Notes under the pieces: generated by a model
Told to the model about the DNA's origin: nothing
The model's database searches: none
Seen by the model: the letters and a program-made list of their open reading frames with translations, nothing else
Program-made: the position numbers and the translations under genes
Assembly: GCA_963665845.2 (NCBI GenBank)
Contig: OY762492.1
Location: forward strand, 1,824,001 to 1,888,000
Direction: 5' to 3'
Origin: Candidatus Poribacteria bacterium
GTDB taxonomy: Bacteria; Poribacteria; WGA-4E; GCA-2687025
Length of the DNA: 64,000 nt
Part shown: positions 9,694 through 19,593 of the stretch, piece after piece
How the letters are laid out: every line of letters begins with the position of its first letter
How positions within the stretch are numbered: position 1 is the first letter of the stretch

Positions 9694-10407
9694 TCATGGG
9701 GCGCCCGCGCTTTCTTGGACAGCGCGCATGAGCGACTCCGTTTTTTCAGCGTCGCGTTTGCCTCGTCTTGCTTCGACGCCGCTGCATAGGTCAATGCCGT
9801 ACGGCTGGACGAATCGGCAAGCTTCCGCCGCGTTTTCAGAGTTAATGCCGCCGGATAAAAAGGTCGGGACGGGAGCCTCCGCAATCAGCTCGCGGCATAG
9901 GTTCCAGTCGCTGCGCCGCCCCGTGCCGCCAAAGCGAAACTTCCCGCCGGCAAAGGCGGCTGTGTCAAACAGCAGCTTGTCGGCGCCCGCGTCGGCGTAT
10001 CGGCGCATCTGCTCCTGAAGCGCCGAGGCGTCCGCCGCGCCGCTTTCGCCTTCAGCCGGCAAAAAAAGCGATTTCCACACCTCGCCCTTGATGCGCTTTT
10101 TGAGTTCGGCGGTTTGCTTCGGCGTCTCTTGACCCAGCAGCTGGACAGCTTCGGCGCCGAGCGTTTGAAAGATGTCAGCCGTCTCTTCAGGCGGCGTATT
10201 AAAAAACAGCGCCGCGCCGGGCGCAGAGGAGGCGGCGAAGATTGCGCGGGCAATTTCTGGGGCGCGGTTCCGCTCGGAGAACGGAACGCCGACGCACACG
10301 CCGACATAATCCGCCCCATGCGCTTCCGCTAAAAGCGCATCCGCAACGGAGCCGGTGCCGCATAATTTGACGCGCGTACGGGGAGACGCCATAGCGTTTG
10401 CCTTCAT
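9694..10407 (-). CDS. trpF: Phosphoribosylanthranilate isomerase
   Basis: VKLCG, DKLLFD, FGGTG...DW, FLSGGINSEN, PYGIDLCSGVE; start at the ATGA overlap with the upstream MTase (10392 is an alternative). Confidence 0.88.
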   Translation of the reverse strand: MKANAMASPRTRVKLCGTGSVADALLAEAHGADYVGVCVGVPFSERNRAPEIARAIFAASSAPGAALFFNTPPEETADIFQTLGAEAVQLLGQETPKQTAELKKRIKGEVWKSLFLPAEGESGAADASALQEQMRRYADAGADKLLFDTAAFAGGKFRFGGTGRRSDWNLCRELIAEAPVPTFLSGGINSENAAEACRFVQPYGIDLCSGVEARRGKRDAEKTESLMRAVQESAGAP

Positions 10408-11693
10408 CGTAAGTAAGGGGGCTGTCCGTTCATGATAATCTCTTGCCGCCGCTTGATCCAACCCTTGTTGGTCAACAGCATGATGATCTCCTCGCGCGAC
10501 ATTTTGCCCTTATGCGAGTCGCAGTACGCGCAGAGAAGCTGCAGGTTGCTGATATGATCGTTCCCGCCCTTCGCCCGCGGGACGATACGATCCACATGAA
10601 AACGCCTCGGCTCAAAATGCGCCGCGCATCTGTTGCAGTAACCGCCTTGCTCTCCGTAAAGATAAAGGCGGTTCTCGGCGCCGTTGTATTTGGGGATTTT
10701 GCCTAGGTCGGTCCGTTTCGGTATGTCGGTCCGATAAGCGACCTGATGCGTTAGCCCAACCTCCTTCAGCAGCCGCGCTTGAACAAGTTCCGCCGCCTTT
10801 TCGGAAATGTCGATGCCGATCCATCGGCGGCCGAGCTGCTCGGCGGCAATGCATGTTGTCGCGCAGCCGCAGAACGGGTCCAGCGCCATATCGCCCTCAT
10901 TCGAGGACGCCCTGATAACGCGGCGGAGAAGCGCCAACGGCTTCTGCGTCGGATAGCCTGTCCGCTCTTTAGAGCTTCGGACGGCGAGCGCAATGCCTGT
11001 CCACCAATCTTCCAATATCTTCCCCCGCCGCCTCATTTTTTCAATGTTTTCTGGTTTGAAGGCGGAGCCTGTATCGAAGGCTTTTCGAGGTTTTTGATTC
11101 GGGTCTTTGTAAGGAACGCGCATTTCCTCGCGGTTGAATGTCCATGTTGTTTTGCTGTTGGAGTACCAATAGATCACATCATGCTTGCGGTTAAACTGGC
11201 GGATTTTGGGCGACCCAGGACCTGTGTACGCCCAGACAATTTCGTTTCGGTAATTCTCTTTCCCGAAAACCGCGTCCATCAGCAGTTTCAGATAATGGCT
11301 CGCTGTCGGATCGCAATGGAGATAAATGGAGCCGTCCGGCTTCAGCAGCCTGCGCATCTCCATGACTCGGATCGCCATGTAGATCAGGTAGCTCATCATG
11401 GAGTCGCCATGAATTTCGCGCGTCGCGGTCAAGAGGGAGTAAAGTCCAGGGTATGCATGCTTGATTTCGCCGTGCCAGACCAGTTTGACATCGTCCATCC
11501 CCCAGGTGTCTTTGAAGGCGGCGCCCGCCGCTTTGCTGCCGATGGGCGCGGCGTAGTTCGCCTTGCTGTTGAAGGGCGGGTCTAGGTAGATCAGGTCAAC
11601 GCTGTCGGAATTCATGCCGCGCATGATGTCCAGGTTGTCGCCTGTCCAGATTGTTTGCGAAGCGAAGTTGGCGGCGCGCGTTCCCTGTTTCAT
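10404..11693 (-). CDS. Beta-class amino-DNA methyltransferase fused to a C-terminal (degenerate) HNH domain
   Basis: DLIYLDPPF, YPTQKP, LDPFCGCATT; C-terminal CNRC...VDRIVP..KGG.D..SNLQLLCAYC. Confidence 0.9.
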   Translation of the reverse strand: MKQGTRAANFASQTIWTGDNLDIMRGMNSDSVDLIYLDPPFNSKANYAAPIGSKAAGAAFKDTWGMDDVKLVWHGEIKHAYPGLYSLLTATREIHGDSMMSYLIYMAIRVMEMRRLLKPDGSIYLHCDPTASHYLKLLMDAVFGKENYRNEIVWAYTGPGSPKIRQFNRKHDVIYWYSNSKTTWTFNREEMRVPYKDPNQKPRKAFDTGSAFKPENIEKMRRRGKILEDWWTGIALAVRSSKERTGYPTQKPLALLRRVIRASSNEGDMALDPFCGCATTCIAAEQLGRRWIGIDISEKAAELVQARLLKEVGLTHQVAYRTDIPKRTDLGKIPKYNGAENRLYLYGEQGGYCNRCAAHFEPRRFHVDRIVPRAKGGNDHISNLQLLCAYCDSHKGKMSREEIIMLLTNKGWIKRRQEIIMNGQPPYLR

Positions 11694-11725
11694 CTGCCCT
11701 CCTGCAGAAAGCGCAACGGACCTTT

Positions 11726-11754
11726 AATATAGCGCGGGAGGGCGGCGGAATCAA
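11726..11754 (-). promoter_or_regulatory. Putative sigma70 promoter for MTase-trpF
   Basis: TTGATT-17-TATATT on the minus strand. Confidence 0.5.
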
Positions 11755-12431
11755 ACGGGAGGGATGTTCCACACGACGCGCTCTAGAAACTCGCGGACGC
11801 AATCAAACGCCTCGTTCTCAAATTTCCAGACGCCTTTTTTTGCCGCAATTCCTACAGCTACATTGGGACTCTCCTGCGCTGCGATATAGATGCGGGCGCG
11901 CGCCTTGTCATTCGGATCCGCTACTCCGTTCCGCTTCTTGACGCATTCAAAAAATTCGTCCACGCATTGATTCAACGGATCATCTTTAAAGCTCTCGCAC
12001 AGCAACGTTTCAAGATAGCCAGAGCGACCGCGACCAGGGAGTATGAGCGCTGTTATAGCGGGATGGTCGCCCTCTACAGCGGTTTGGCCGATCTGGTTGG
12101 GAAAGGGTATTCTGGCGTTTCTCAACGCCGATTGGACGCTTTCGAACGCGCTCTCTTCCGATTTATCAGCGTCGCGAACGATGCCCAGGCTTCGTACATT
12201 CATTTTAAACCCTGGCATCACTGCAAACGCAGGAAGAAAATCTTTCAAATTGTCCTTTCCTTTGAGATCGAGAATGCGGACATCAACCTCCCCCATTGAT
12301 TTCGTCTGCCGCAAATATTCGATGAACGCCTCGAATAAGTGGCATTCGTCTCCGCCTTCCACGAGAATCTGGACACCTGACTCTATCGGTTTTTTGCGCG
12401 CCTCGGTAATGGTATCGATCACAACCCCCAC
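11751..12431 (-). CDS. DUF3226-like TOPRIM-fold protein
   Basis: ILVEGGDE, GK, GIVRDAD, ILPG...G.LETL motifs; 1 nt downstream of the ATPase. Confidence 0.8.
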   Translation of the reverse strand: MGVVIDTITEARKKPIESGVQILVEGGDECHLFEAFIEYLRQTKSMGEVDVRILDLKGKDNLKDFLPAFAVMPGFKMNVRSLGIVRDADKSEESAFESVQSALRNARIPFPNQIGQTAVEGDHPAITALILPGRGRSGYLETLLCESFKDDPLNQCVDEFFECVKKRNGVADPNDKARARIYIAAQESPNVAVGIAAKKGVWKFENEAFDCVREFLERVVWNIPPV

Positions 12432-12432
12432 G

Positions 12433-13491
12433 TTAACGAACCTCTAGGTTGAACTTTATTGCGCCTGCAACAGCGTCTCGGCTGTAAGGGACGCATCCGA
12501 TTTCTCCGTCTTTCATTTTTTGAAGTCGGTAAAGACGCATCCGCTCGGGGCCAATGGCCTTATAAGCCGCCGAAACACATTCCCAACTGTGCGTCGCCGC
12601 GAACACCTGCGTGTTGGATTCCCGCGCCGCTTCATCGATCGCCGCCCAGACATCGGACTGAACCGAATAGTGGATTCCGTTCTCGACTTCATCAATGAGC
12701 GCAACTCCGCCCTGCGCAGCGACCAGTTTCAGAATGATGCGTACGACCTGACTCATACCTTCGCCCATAACCGAGAGCGGAACCAATTTGGGCTTCCCAA
12801 TGTCGCCGACGATAACTGGATCGCCGGCGATGGAATTGTCGGTGACGCTTACCAGCCGCGGCTCAATAATTTTGAGCGCGCTTAAGACCGGTCCGTCTTC
12901 TTTTTTCCATATTAAATCCGCAAGCTGGCGCGCGTATTCAGGGTTGTCCCTGTTCAAATTAAACGACCAAGAAAACAGCGCTGGTACCCCTTCTGGAGGA
13001 TCTCTTTGAAGCTGTCCGTCCTTAAACCACAGGTGAGACGATGCGACAGGCTCAATAAGATAATGACGATACAGCTCCGCTTTGATACAGTGTTTGTGAA
13101 AAATGCTCTTCGTTATAGGACCGTCCACGACCCAAGGAATATTCGGCTCCTGGCGCTCTTCCAACGATATTTTCAGCCGCGCGTTTTCTCGACCGACAAG
13201 ATACGCTTCAATCTCAATAGGTTTCTCCATATTATGATCGTGAAACAACTGTTCAAAATACGGCTCAAGCGCCTGAATAGCCTGTTCCTGGATATTCGAG
13301 CGGGGAAGACGGAGGATCGTTGGGTTCACTGCGAAAACAGCGTCCCCGCCCCCAGCCAAGAGATAAACCGCTTCTAGCAGGCTCGTTTTCCCGCTGTTGT
13401 TCTTCCCGACGATGATATTCACCGCGCCGAGATCGTCCATCTCTAAGCAGCGGAAGCCCCTGTAATTTTGAATTTTCATGCTCTGCAACAT
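12433..13491 (-). CDS. AAA_15/AAA_21 ABC-type ATPase
   Basis: IQNYRGF, GKNNSGKTS (Walker A), MGEGM signature, LIDEVENGIH (Walker B), ATHS; start chosen from GGAG spacing. Confidence 0.9.
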   Translation of the reverse strand: MLQSMKIQNYRGFRCLEMDDLGAVNIIVGKNNSGKTSLLEAVYLLAGGGDAVFAVNPTILRLPRSNIQEQAIQALEPYFEQLFHDHNMEKPIEIEAYLVGRENARLKISLEERQEPNIPWVVDGPITKSIFHKHCIKAELYRHYLIEPVASSHLWFKDGQLQRDPPEGVPALFSWSFNLNRDNPEYARQLADLIWKKEDGPVLSALKIIEPRLVSVTDNSIAGDPVIVGDIGKPKLVPLSVMGEGMSQVVRIILKLVAAQGGVALIDEVENGIHYSVQSDVWAAIDEAARESNTQVFAATHSWECVSAAYKAIGPERMRLYRLQKMKDGEIGCVPYSRDAVAGAIKFNLEVR

Positions 13492-13531
13492 CGTCATCGG
13501 CTCCATTCGTCTTGCGCCCTGTCTGTCGTTA

Positions 13532-13560
13532 ATCGTAACATGGGGCGGCTTGTTTTGCAA
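13532..13560 (-). promoter_or_regulatory. Putative sigma70 promoter of the ATPase-DUF3226 operon
   Basis: TTGCAA-17-TACGAT on the minus strand. Confidence 0.45.
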
Positions 13561-13692
13561 TGCGCCGTTTGCGCCCGGCTCTCTATGCCGACGCGCGCCA
13601 AAGTTGCGCTTGCCAAAGCTGCCGCTCTCGTGTATCGTTTAGGCTGTATTTTGCGCTGTTGTTGATCAATCAAGACGCTGGGAGCCGTCATC

Positions 13693-16600
13693 TTGCTTCG
13701 CTACCGCCCCGACAATGTCCCTGTCGAACGCAAGTCGTTTTCTGGTCTGTTTTTCCTGCTTGGAGTGGTGTCGCTCATTGTGGCGGGCTGGGTCTTTTTC
13801 AACGAGTTTGAAACCCGCCGCCCCTACAAAAAATATCAGCGCGATTTCTACGCGCTGGAAACGACGCGGCTCAGCGCCGAGGTGGACGACCTCGCCCGCC
13901 AAATGCGCAACCTAGGGCAGGACCCTGAAGACATTGAGCCGATCATCAGCCCGAAAACGAACCTGTCGACTGACGAGACGGACGCTCTCGCCCGGCAAAT
14001 GCTGAACGAAACCTACGCGAACGTTGAGACCTTTAATAACGTATGGGCGGAGGTGCGCATCGAAACGGCGCACGGCAAACTTAGCCCCGTCGTCATTCCG
14101 CGGAACTTCACTGAGGATGAATTTCAGAACGCGCTGACGGTCGCCGATTTGGAACGCATGCGCGCCGAAGAGGATCGGAAACTGCGCGTCCAAAAATCGC
14201 TCCGAGACGCCGAATATTACCAGTACTCGCATGAGCGGCATGCGGACGACCCGAACCGCCAATACGAAGGCGCCGTTGAAATGCGCGAGGCGGTCGTTCA
14301 GCCGCGCGAAAATGTGATCGCAGCGATGACGGCGGTCGCGGACGCGATGCGCATCTGGCTTGCCGATTTTCAGAAGCGGAAAGGGGTTGAGGAGTCGCGC
14401 CGCATGGCGGAGCATCAAGCCAAGTACAGCGGCGAGGTTTCGGCGCTTGCCGTCGATTTGAGCTACGCGCGAGAGCAGCTTTCTTTGGTTGACCATAATC
14501 TGTTGGAGATGCTGAGCGACTTTGGGCGGGTCAAGCGGGTTGGAATTCAGCAGCAGCTGCTTGGCGATCATGGCTCGAAAATGAACGACGTCGACCGGTG
14601 CCAGTCATGCCACATCGCCGCGGCGAAAGAGGGGTATGAATGGTGGATCGAGATGACAGCGGTCGTGACGGAAAATCTAGAGATCGCGCTCGCCGCGCCG
14701 GATCCCGACGACCCTGAATTGTGGGTCGCGCGGCAAGGGCAGGAGATCGGAAACGCGCGGCAGATGATCTTGAACCGCCCCGTTCAACAGGGGGAGCTGT
14801 GGAACGATCCGCTGGTCTACATTGACGATGAGCCGTTTTATCCGCGCGACGGGTTCTCCATCGAGAAATGGACGATCGACTGGAGCGGCGAGTTTGCGGA
14901 CGCTTACCTGACGCAGGGGCGCGTTGTGAAGGTTTATCAGGCGTATCCGACGTTGTACCAGAGCCATCCGAACAGAGAAGCGCTGTTTGCGGCGCATCCG
15001 CCGGAGAGGTTTGGGTGCGTTACCTGCCATGCGGGTCAGGGGCGCGCGTTGACCTGGGAAGACGCCGGGTGCGATTTCCGAGAAGACCCGCACAATCCGA
15101 ATTCGCCGACGCATTGGTGGGAAGAGCCGATGCTGGCAAGCCTGCGCTCAAAAGACGAGCTGCGCGGCAAGGAGCGGTTCAAAGCGCATGAGAACGGCGA
15201 ATGGAGCGTCAAGGAGCTTGCTGAAAAGCTGAATCTGCCCGCAAGCGATCTTGTTGAATACGACGCGGAATGGTTCACGGAAGCGCTGTACCGTAAAAAA
15301 TCGCATTTTCATCCGAATGTGAATAATGAGCCGATCGGCGACTTTGCCGAAACGAACTGCGCGCATTGCCATTCCGAAACGCTGGAGCTGGACATGGCGC
15401 CGACCTTGTCTAAAGGGAAGCGGTTGTTTGAGCGGCTTGGATGCGCGGGCTGCCATCTTGTGAGCGATTATGAGCGGGTTGAGTACGACCCTGACGAAGA
15501 CTACATGGAGCATCGGCGGATGCAGGTCGGCCCCTCGCTTTCTTACGACAAGCAGATGGCGCAGTTGACGCAAGCCGACAACGATCCTGACATGGGCGGT
15601 TTTGGGTGGAAGTTGAACGAGAATACCGGCAAAGAGTGGCTTTTCAACTGGCTCAAAAACCCGCGCGCCTACCTGCCTGAAACGCGCATGCCGAACTATC
15701 GCTTCTCGGACGATGAAGCGAAAGCGTTGACCGCCTTTATTTTGACGGGAACGGGATGGGCGGAGAACGGCTCTGTTGAAGAGCCGCCGCTGGACGCTGC
15801 GAAGGTTGCGCGGGGCGAGGCGCTAACGCGGAACATCGGATGCTTGGCGTGCCACACAGCGCCCGACGCCGACGGAGAACCGGTAGGGAACACATTCGGG
15901 CCGGATTTGAGCCGCGTCGGATCTAAGTTGAGCCGCAAATTCCTGATGAAATGGCTGGCGAATCCGCGCGCCTACGACCCGAAGACGATCATGCCGTCCA
16001 TGTTTGACAATGTGCCGGAGCCGGAGAAGACGGCGCAGATTGAAGCGGTGGCGGAGTATCTGCTCTCGTTGAACGACCGCTCCTGGATGACATATGCCGG
16101 CGGCGATTTTGAGATCACGGAGGCGCTGGCGCAAGAGGGAGAGCGGCTGTTTGGACCGTCAGGCAAGGGCTGCGTCGGGTGCCATTTCATTGAGGCGGAA
16201 CTGCCGGCGGAGGATGGAGGCGTCCGGCAGGTCGGCGGCAGAGAATGGGTCGGACAGCAGATTGGCGCGGAGCTGAGCGATCTGGCGGCGAAAACGCCTG
16301 AATTTTTAGACTACGGCTTTGCGAGCCACCGCGCCGTCGTGTATTACGGCGACCGAAACGATCTGCGCTACGGAGAGCTGGTTAAGAAAAGCAAGGACGG
16401 TTCCGTTCAGGTTCGCGTTCCCGTAGAGGACGGCGCCGAAGGAGCGGTTGATCCGCTTGACTGGAAGGGGCTGTTCTATAAGACGGACGATCAGGTGAAA
16501 ACGATCACGCTTAACCCCGACGAGCCGAAGTCGATCACCAAGATTCATCACACATGGCATGACTGGGTCTTCAACAAGATCAAGGAGCCGAACATCTACG

Positions 16601-17697
16601 CGACGGAGGCGAATGCGGCGGCGCAGAACATGCCGAATTTCTACCTAAGCGACGATGAAGCGGCGGCTCTGCTCGTATTGCTGCGCAGCTTCGACACCTC
16701 CCATGCGCCGTCGGAGGAGTATCAGGACCGGTTGACGGAGCGGGAGAAACGCATTGAGCGCGGGCGCGCCTTGACAATACGTTATAATTGCGTCGGCTGC
16801 CATGCGATTGAGGAGTCGTTTGCGACGCGCGGAGGGCGCCTCTACAAAGGCTGGGCGTCCGGCAACCATACGCGCGATCATGAAGCGATGCCGAGATACG
16901 CCGGCCCCGACGGCGAATTCGACACCTTAGACGATATTCAAAAGAACGGATGGGCGGTTCCTGAACGCGGCTACGGCCTTTCTCTCACAATACAGCCCTC
17001 ATACGACGGAACGCGCCCGAACGCCGGCGCGCGGGCGGAGCCGATTCAGCTGCAGGCCGAGGAGATTATCCAGAACGGGCTGTCCAACGGGCCGTTTTCC
17101 TTTGACACGGTTGGCAATCCATTTTCATATATGCGCGCCGGGTATCCTGCCGACGGGGCGCGCATACAGCACGGACCTGTGTTGACCTTCGCCGGTGAGC
17201 GGTTCCGTACCGGATGGATGTTTGAGTTCTTGAAACGGCCGTATCCGGTCCGCGAATACCTGTTCGACCTGAACCAAGGGCGCATGCCGTATTTTCAGTT
17301 GACGGACGAGGAAGCGTCCGACATTGTGGCCTACTTCGCCGCGCTGGCGAACGAGCCGTATCCGTATGAGGAGCTGGATGACGAGGCGGAGCCGTCTCTA
17401 GTAAGTCTAGGGCGGACGATGTACGCCGCCGAAGCGGGATGCTCAACAGGGGAATGCCATCCTGCGTCGGGCGATTCGTCGCCGAAATACGCGCCCGATC
17501 TGCGCCATTCCGCCCGCTTGAAGCCGAGATGGATCAAGTCCTGGGTTACCAATCCAGAGGACTTTTGGCAGGGCAGCGGCATGCCGAAATTCCCATGGAC
17601 CAACGAGGCGGACGGGTCGCCGCTTTACCCGGAATACGGCGAGGTTGACCAGCTCATGTCGGCGCTCCGCGATTATGTCTTGACGCTGGGCGACTAA
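13693..17697 (+). CDS. Large membrane-anchored multiheme cytochrome c
   Basis: N-terminal TM; seven CxxCH (CQSCH, CVTCH, CAHCH, CAGCH, CLACH, CVGCH twice) plus CSTGECH; repeated GP.L...W..NP....P...MP units; GGAG before TTG. Confidence 0.9.
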   Translation: MLRYRPDNVPVERKSFSGLFFLLGVVSLIVAGWVFFNEFETRRPYKKYQRDFYALETTRLSAEVDDLARQMRNLGQDPEDIEPIISPKTNLSTDETDALARQMLNETYANVETFNNVWAEVRIETAHGKLSPVVIPRNFTEDEFQNALTVADLERMRAEEDRKLRVQKSLRDAEYYQYSHERHADDPNRQYEGAVEMREAVVQPRENVIAAMTAVADAMRIWLADFQKRKGVEESRRMAEHQAKYSGEVSALAVDLSYAREQLSLVDHNLLEMLSDFGRVKRVGIQQQLLGDHGSKMNDVDRCQSCHIAAAKEGYEWWIEMTAVVTENLEIALAAPDPDDPELWVARQGQEIGNARQMILNRPVQQGELWNDPLVYIDDEPFYPRDGFSIEKWTIDWSGEFADAYLTQGRVVKVYQAYPTLYQSHPNREALFAAHPPERFGCVTCHAGQGRALTWEDAGCDFREDPHNPNSPTHWWEEPMLASLRSKDELRGKERFKAHENGEWSVKELAEKLNLPASDLVEYDAEWFTEALYRKKSHFHPNVNNEPIGDFAETNCAHCHSETLELDMAPTLSKGKRLFERLGCAGCHLVSDYERVEYDPDEDYMEHRRMQVGPSLSYDKQMAQLTQADNDPDMGGFGWKLNENTGKEWLFNWLKNPRAYLPETRMPNYRFSDDEAKALTAFILTGTGWAENGSVEEPPLDAAKVARGEALTRNIGCLACHTAPDADGEPVGNTFGPDLSRVGSKLSRKFLMKWLANPRAYDPKTIMPSMFDNVPEPEKTAQIEAVAEYLLSLNDRSWMTYAGGDFEITEALAQEGERLFGPSGKGCVGCHFIEAELPAEDGGVRQVGGREWVGQQIGAELSDLAAKTPEFLDYGFASHRAVVYYGDRNDLRYGELVKKSKDGSVQVRVPVEDGAEGAVDPLDWKGLFYKTDDQVKTITLNPDEPKSITKIHHTWHDWVFNKIKEPNIYATEANAAAQNMPNFYLSDDEAAALLVLLRSFDTSHAPSEEYQDRLTEREKRIERGRALTIRYNCVGCHAIEESFATRGGRLYKGWASGNHTRDHEAMPRYAGPDGEFDTLDDIQKNGWAVPERGYGLSLTIQPSYDGTRPNAGARAEPIQLQAEEIIQNGLSNGPFSFDTVGNPFSYMRAGYPADGARIQHGPVLTFAGERFRTGWMFEFLKRPYPVREYLFDLNQGRMPYFQLTDEEASDIVAYFAALANEPYPYEELDDEAEPSLVSLGRTMYAAEAGCSTGECHPASGDSSPKYAPDLRHSARLKPRWIKSWVTNPEDFWQGSGMPKFPWTNEADGSPLYPEYGEVDQLMSALRDYVLTLGD

Positions 17698-17802
17698 ACC
17701 GCGCTTGATGCGCTCAAAAAATGGAACCGCAGCCGCGTTCGGAGTCGTTTATGAAACGGGCGCGGACGGCGCCCCAAGAACCTGCTGAATTATGAGGGCG
17801 GT

Positions 17803-19554
17803 ATGTTTATTGAACGCGATGAAGACGCGGCGCGGATTGCGCCGGAACTGGAGTCGATGCCGATTCTATGCGTCGACACGGAGACGACGGGGCTAGACCC
17901 GTTCACCTCCGAGCTGTTGCTGATTCAGGTGGGCGATCTGAAACAGCAGTATGTGATTGACGCGCGAAAATGCTCCTTGGAACCGATTCGTCCTGTCCTG
18001 GAAAGCCAAAAGCCGAAGGTTCTGCACAACGCCAAATTCGACTACAAGATGCTCAAAAATCTTGCCGGCATCCGCATGGAAAATGTGGTCGATACGATGC
18101 TCATTGAGCAGACGATTCTGAACGGCAAAAAGGCGGAAGGCGGATACGGACTCGCCGCCGCCTATCAGCGGTATTTCGACAAAGAGATTTCCAAAGAGGC
18201 GCAAACCTCTTTCGTGAACCACACGGGCGACTTTTCGAAGGAGCAGATCGAATACGCCCGTCTCGACGTTCTCTATCCGCTGGAGATGCTGTATCAGCAG
18301 ATGCCGAAGATTCGGCGCGAGCGGCTGGAGCATACGGTCAAGCTGGAGTGCCTTGCCGTTCCCGCCATCGCGGACATTGAGCTGAACGGCGTCGCCATCG
18401 ACACGGAGCGGTGGCTGCGCATTTCTCAACAGGCGCAGGAAGAAGCGGAGCGCGTCCGCGGCGATCTCGACGAGCAGTTTGAAGAGTATCTCAGCCAGAA
18501 CAGGCAGGGGCAGCTGTTCGCCGCGCCCGTTGAGACGATCAACTACGACAGCGACCAGCAGCTGAAAGAGGCGCTGGCGAGCCTCGGCATTGAGGTCGAG
18601 AACACCGACAAGTGGACGCTGACGCGGCTTGAGCATCCGGTTTCCAAAATGATTCTTGAGTACCGCCAGCATCAAAAGGTGGTCTCGACCTACGGCGAGA
18701 CGTTCCTTGAGTATATTCATCCGAAGACGGGGCGAATCCATTGCGACTTTCGGCAGATGGGCGCCGAGAGCGGGCGGCTTTCATGCACCAAACCGAACCT
18801 GCAGAACATTCCGTCCGATTCGGAATTCCGCTCCTGTTTCATTGCCGGCGAGGCGCGCAAGATGATCACCGCCGACTACAGCGGATGCGAATTGCGGATT
18901 CTGGCGGAAATGAGCCAAGACCCGGAATTTTTGCGCGCTTTCAAAAACAACGAAGACCTGCACTCGCTCGTCGCAACGATGATGTTCGACAAGCCGGTCA
19001 GCAAGTACGAAAACCCTGAACTGCGTCAAAAAGCAAAGGCGGTCAACTTCGGGCTCGCCTACGGCATGTCCGCCAGAGGACTCGCCAATCAGATCGGATG
19101 CGGGGACGACGAAGCGGAAGAGCTTTTGAAAAAGTATTTCAACGCCTTCCCGTCGATCAAGTCGTTTTTAGAGAAGTCCGCGGCGATGGCGGTCTCGCGC
19201 GGTTACTCAACCACCATCGGCGGGCGCCGGCGCCATTTTGATGTCAGCAACATGGAGGACCGAAAGAAACGCGGGCAGGTCGAACGGCAGGGCAAAAACT
19301 CGCCCATTCAGGGCGCCAACGCCGATATGATCAAACTGGCGCTGTATGAGCTGCGGCGCGGGTTCCATGAACGGCGGATCGACGCGCAGCTGGTGAACAC
19401 CGTCCATGACGAGATCGTTGTGGAGTGCGCGGAGGAGATCGCCGAAGAGACGCAGGAGATGGTGGAGCGCATCATGCGCGCCGCTGGAGGCTTTTATGTT
19501 AAATCGATACCGGTGGACGTGGAAAGCGCGGTCGCCGATTGCTGGTCAAAATAA
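17803..19554 (+). CDS. Family A DNA polymerase with 3'-5' exonuclease, lacking the 5'-3' nuclease domain
   Basis: DTETTG (Exo I), HNAKFD (Exo II), YA..D (Exo III), DYSGCELR (motif A), RQKAKAVNFGLAYG (B), VHDE (C); only 583 aa. Confidence 0.92.
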   Translation: MFIERDEDAARIAPELESMPILCVDTETTGLDPFTSELLLIQVGDLKQQYVIDARKCSLEPIRPVLESQKPKVLHNAKFDYKMLKNLAGIRMENVVDTMLIEQTILNGKKAEGGYGLAAAYQRYFDKEISKEAQTSFVNHTGDFSKEQIEYARLDVLYPLEMLYQQMPKIRRERLEHTVKLECLAVPAIADIELNGVAIDTERWLRISQQAQEEAERVRGDLDEQFEEYLSQNRQGQLFAAPVETINYDSDQQLKEALASLGIEVENTDKWTLTRLEHPVSKMILEYRQHQKVVSTYGETFLEYIHPKTGRIHCDFRQMGAESGRLSCTKPNLQNIPSDSEFRSCFIAGEARKMITADYSGCELRILAEMSQDPEFLRAFKNNEDLHSLVATMMFDKPVSKYENPELRQKAKAVNFGLAYGMSARGLANQIGCGDDEAEELLKKYFNAFPSIKSFLEKSAAMAVSRGYSTTIGGRRRHFDVSNMEDRKKRGQVERQGKNSPIQGANADMIKLALYELRRGFHERRIDAQLVNTVHDEIVVECAEEIAEETQEMVERIMRAAGGFYVKSIPVDVESAVADCWSK

Positions 19555-19593
19555 CTGAAAGCGGTCGGGGCTTGGCTCGCATTAGCCGCCTAT

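Noticed and set aside
13662-13673. FNR box upstream of the multiheme cytochrome
   Set aside because: TTGAT-CA-ATCAA has a 2-nt rather than 4-nt spacer
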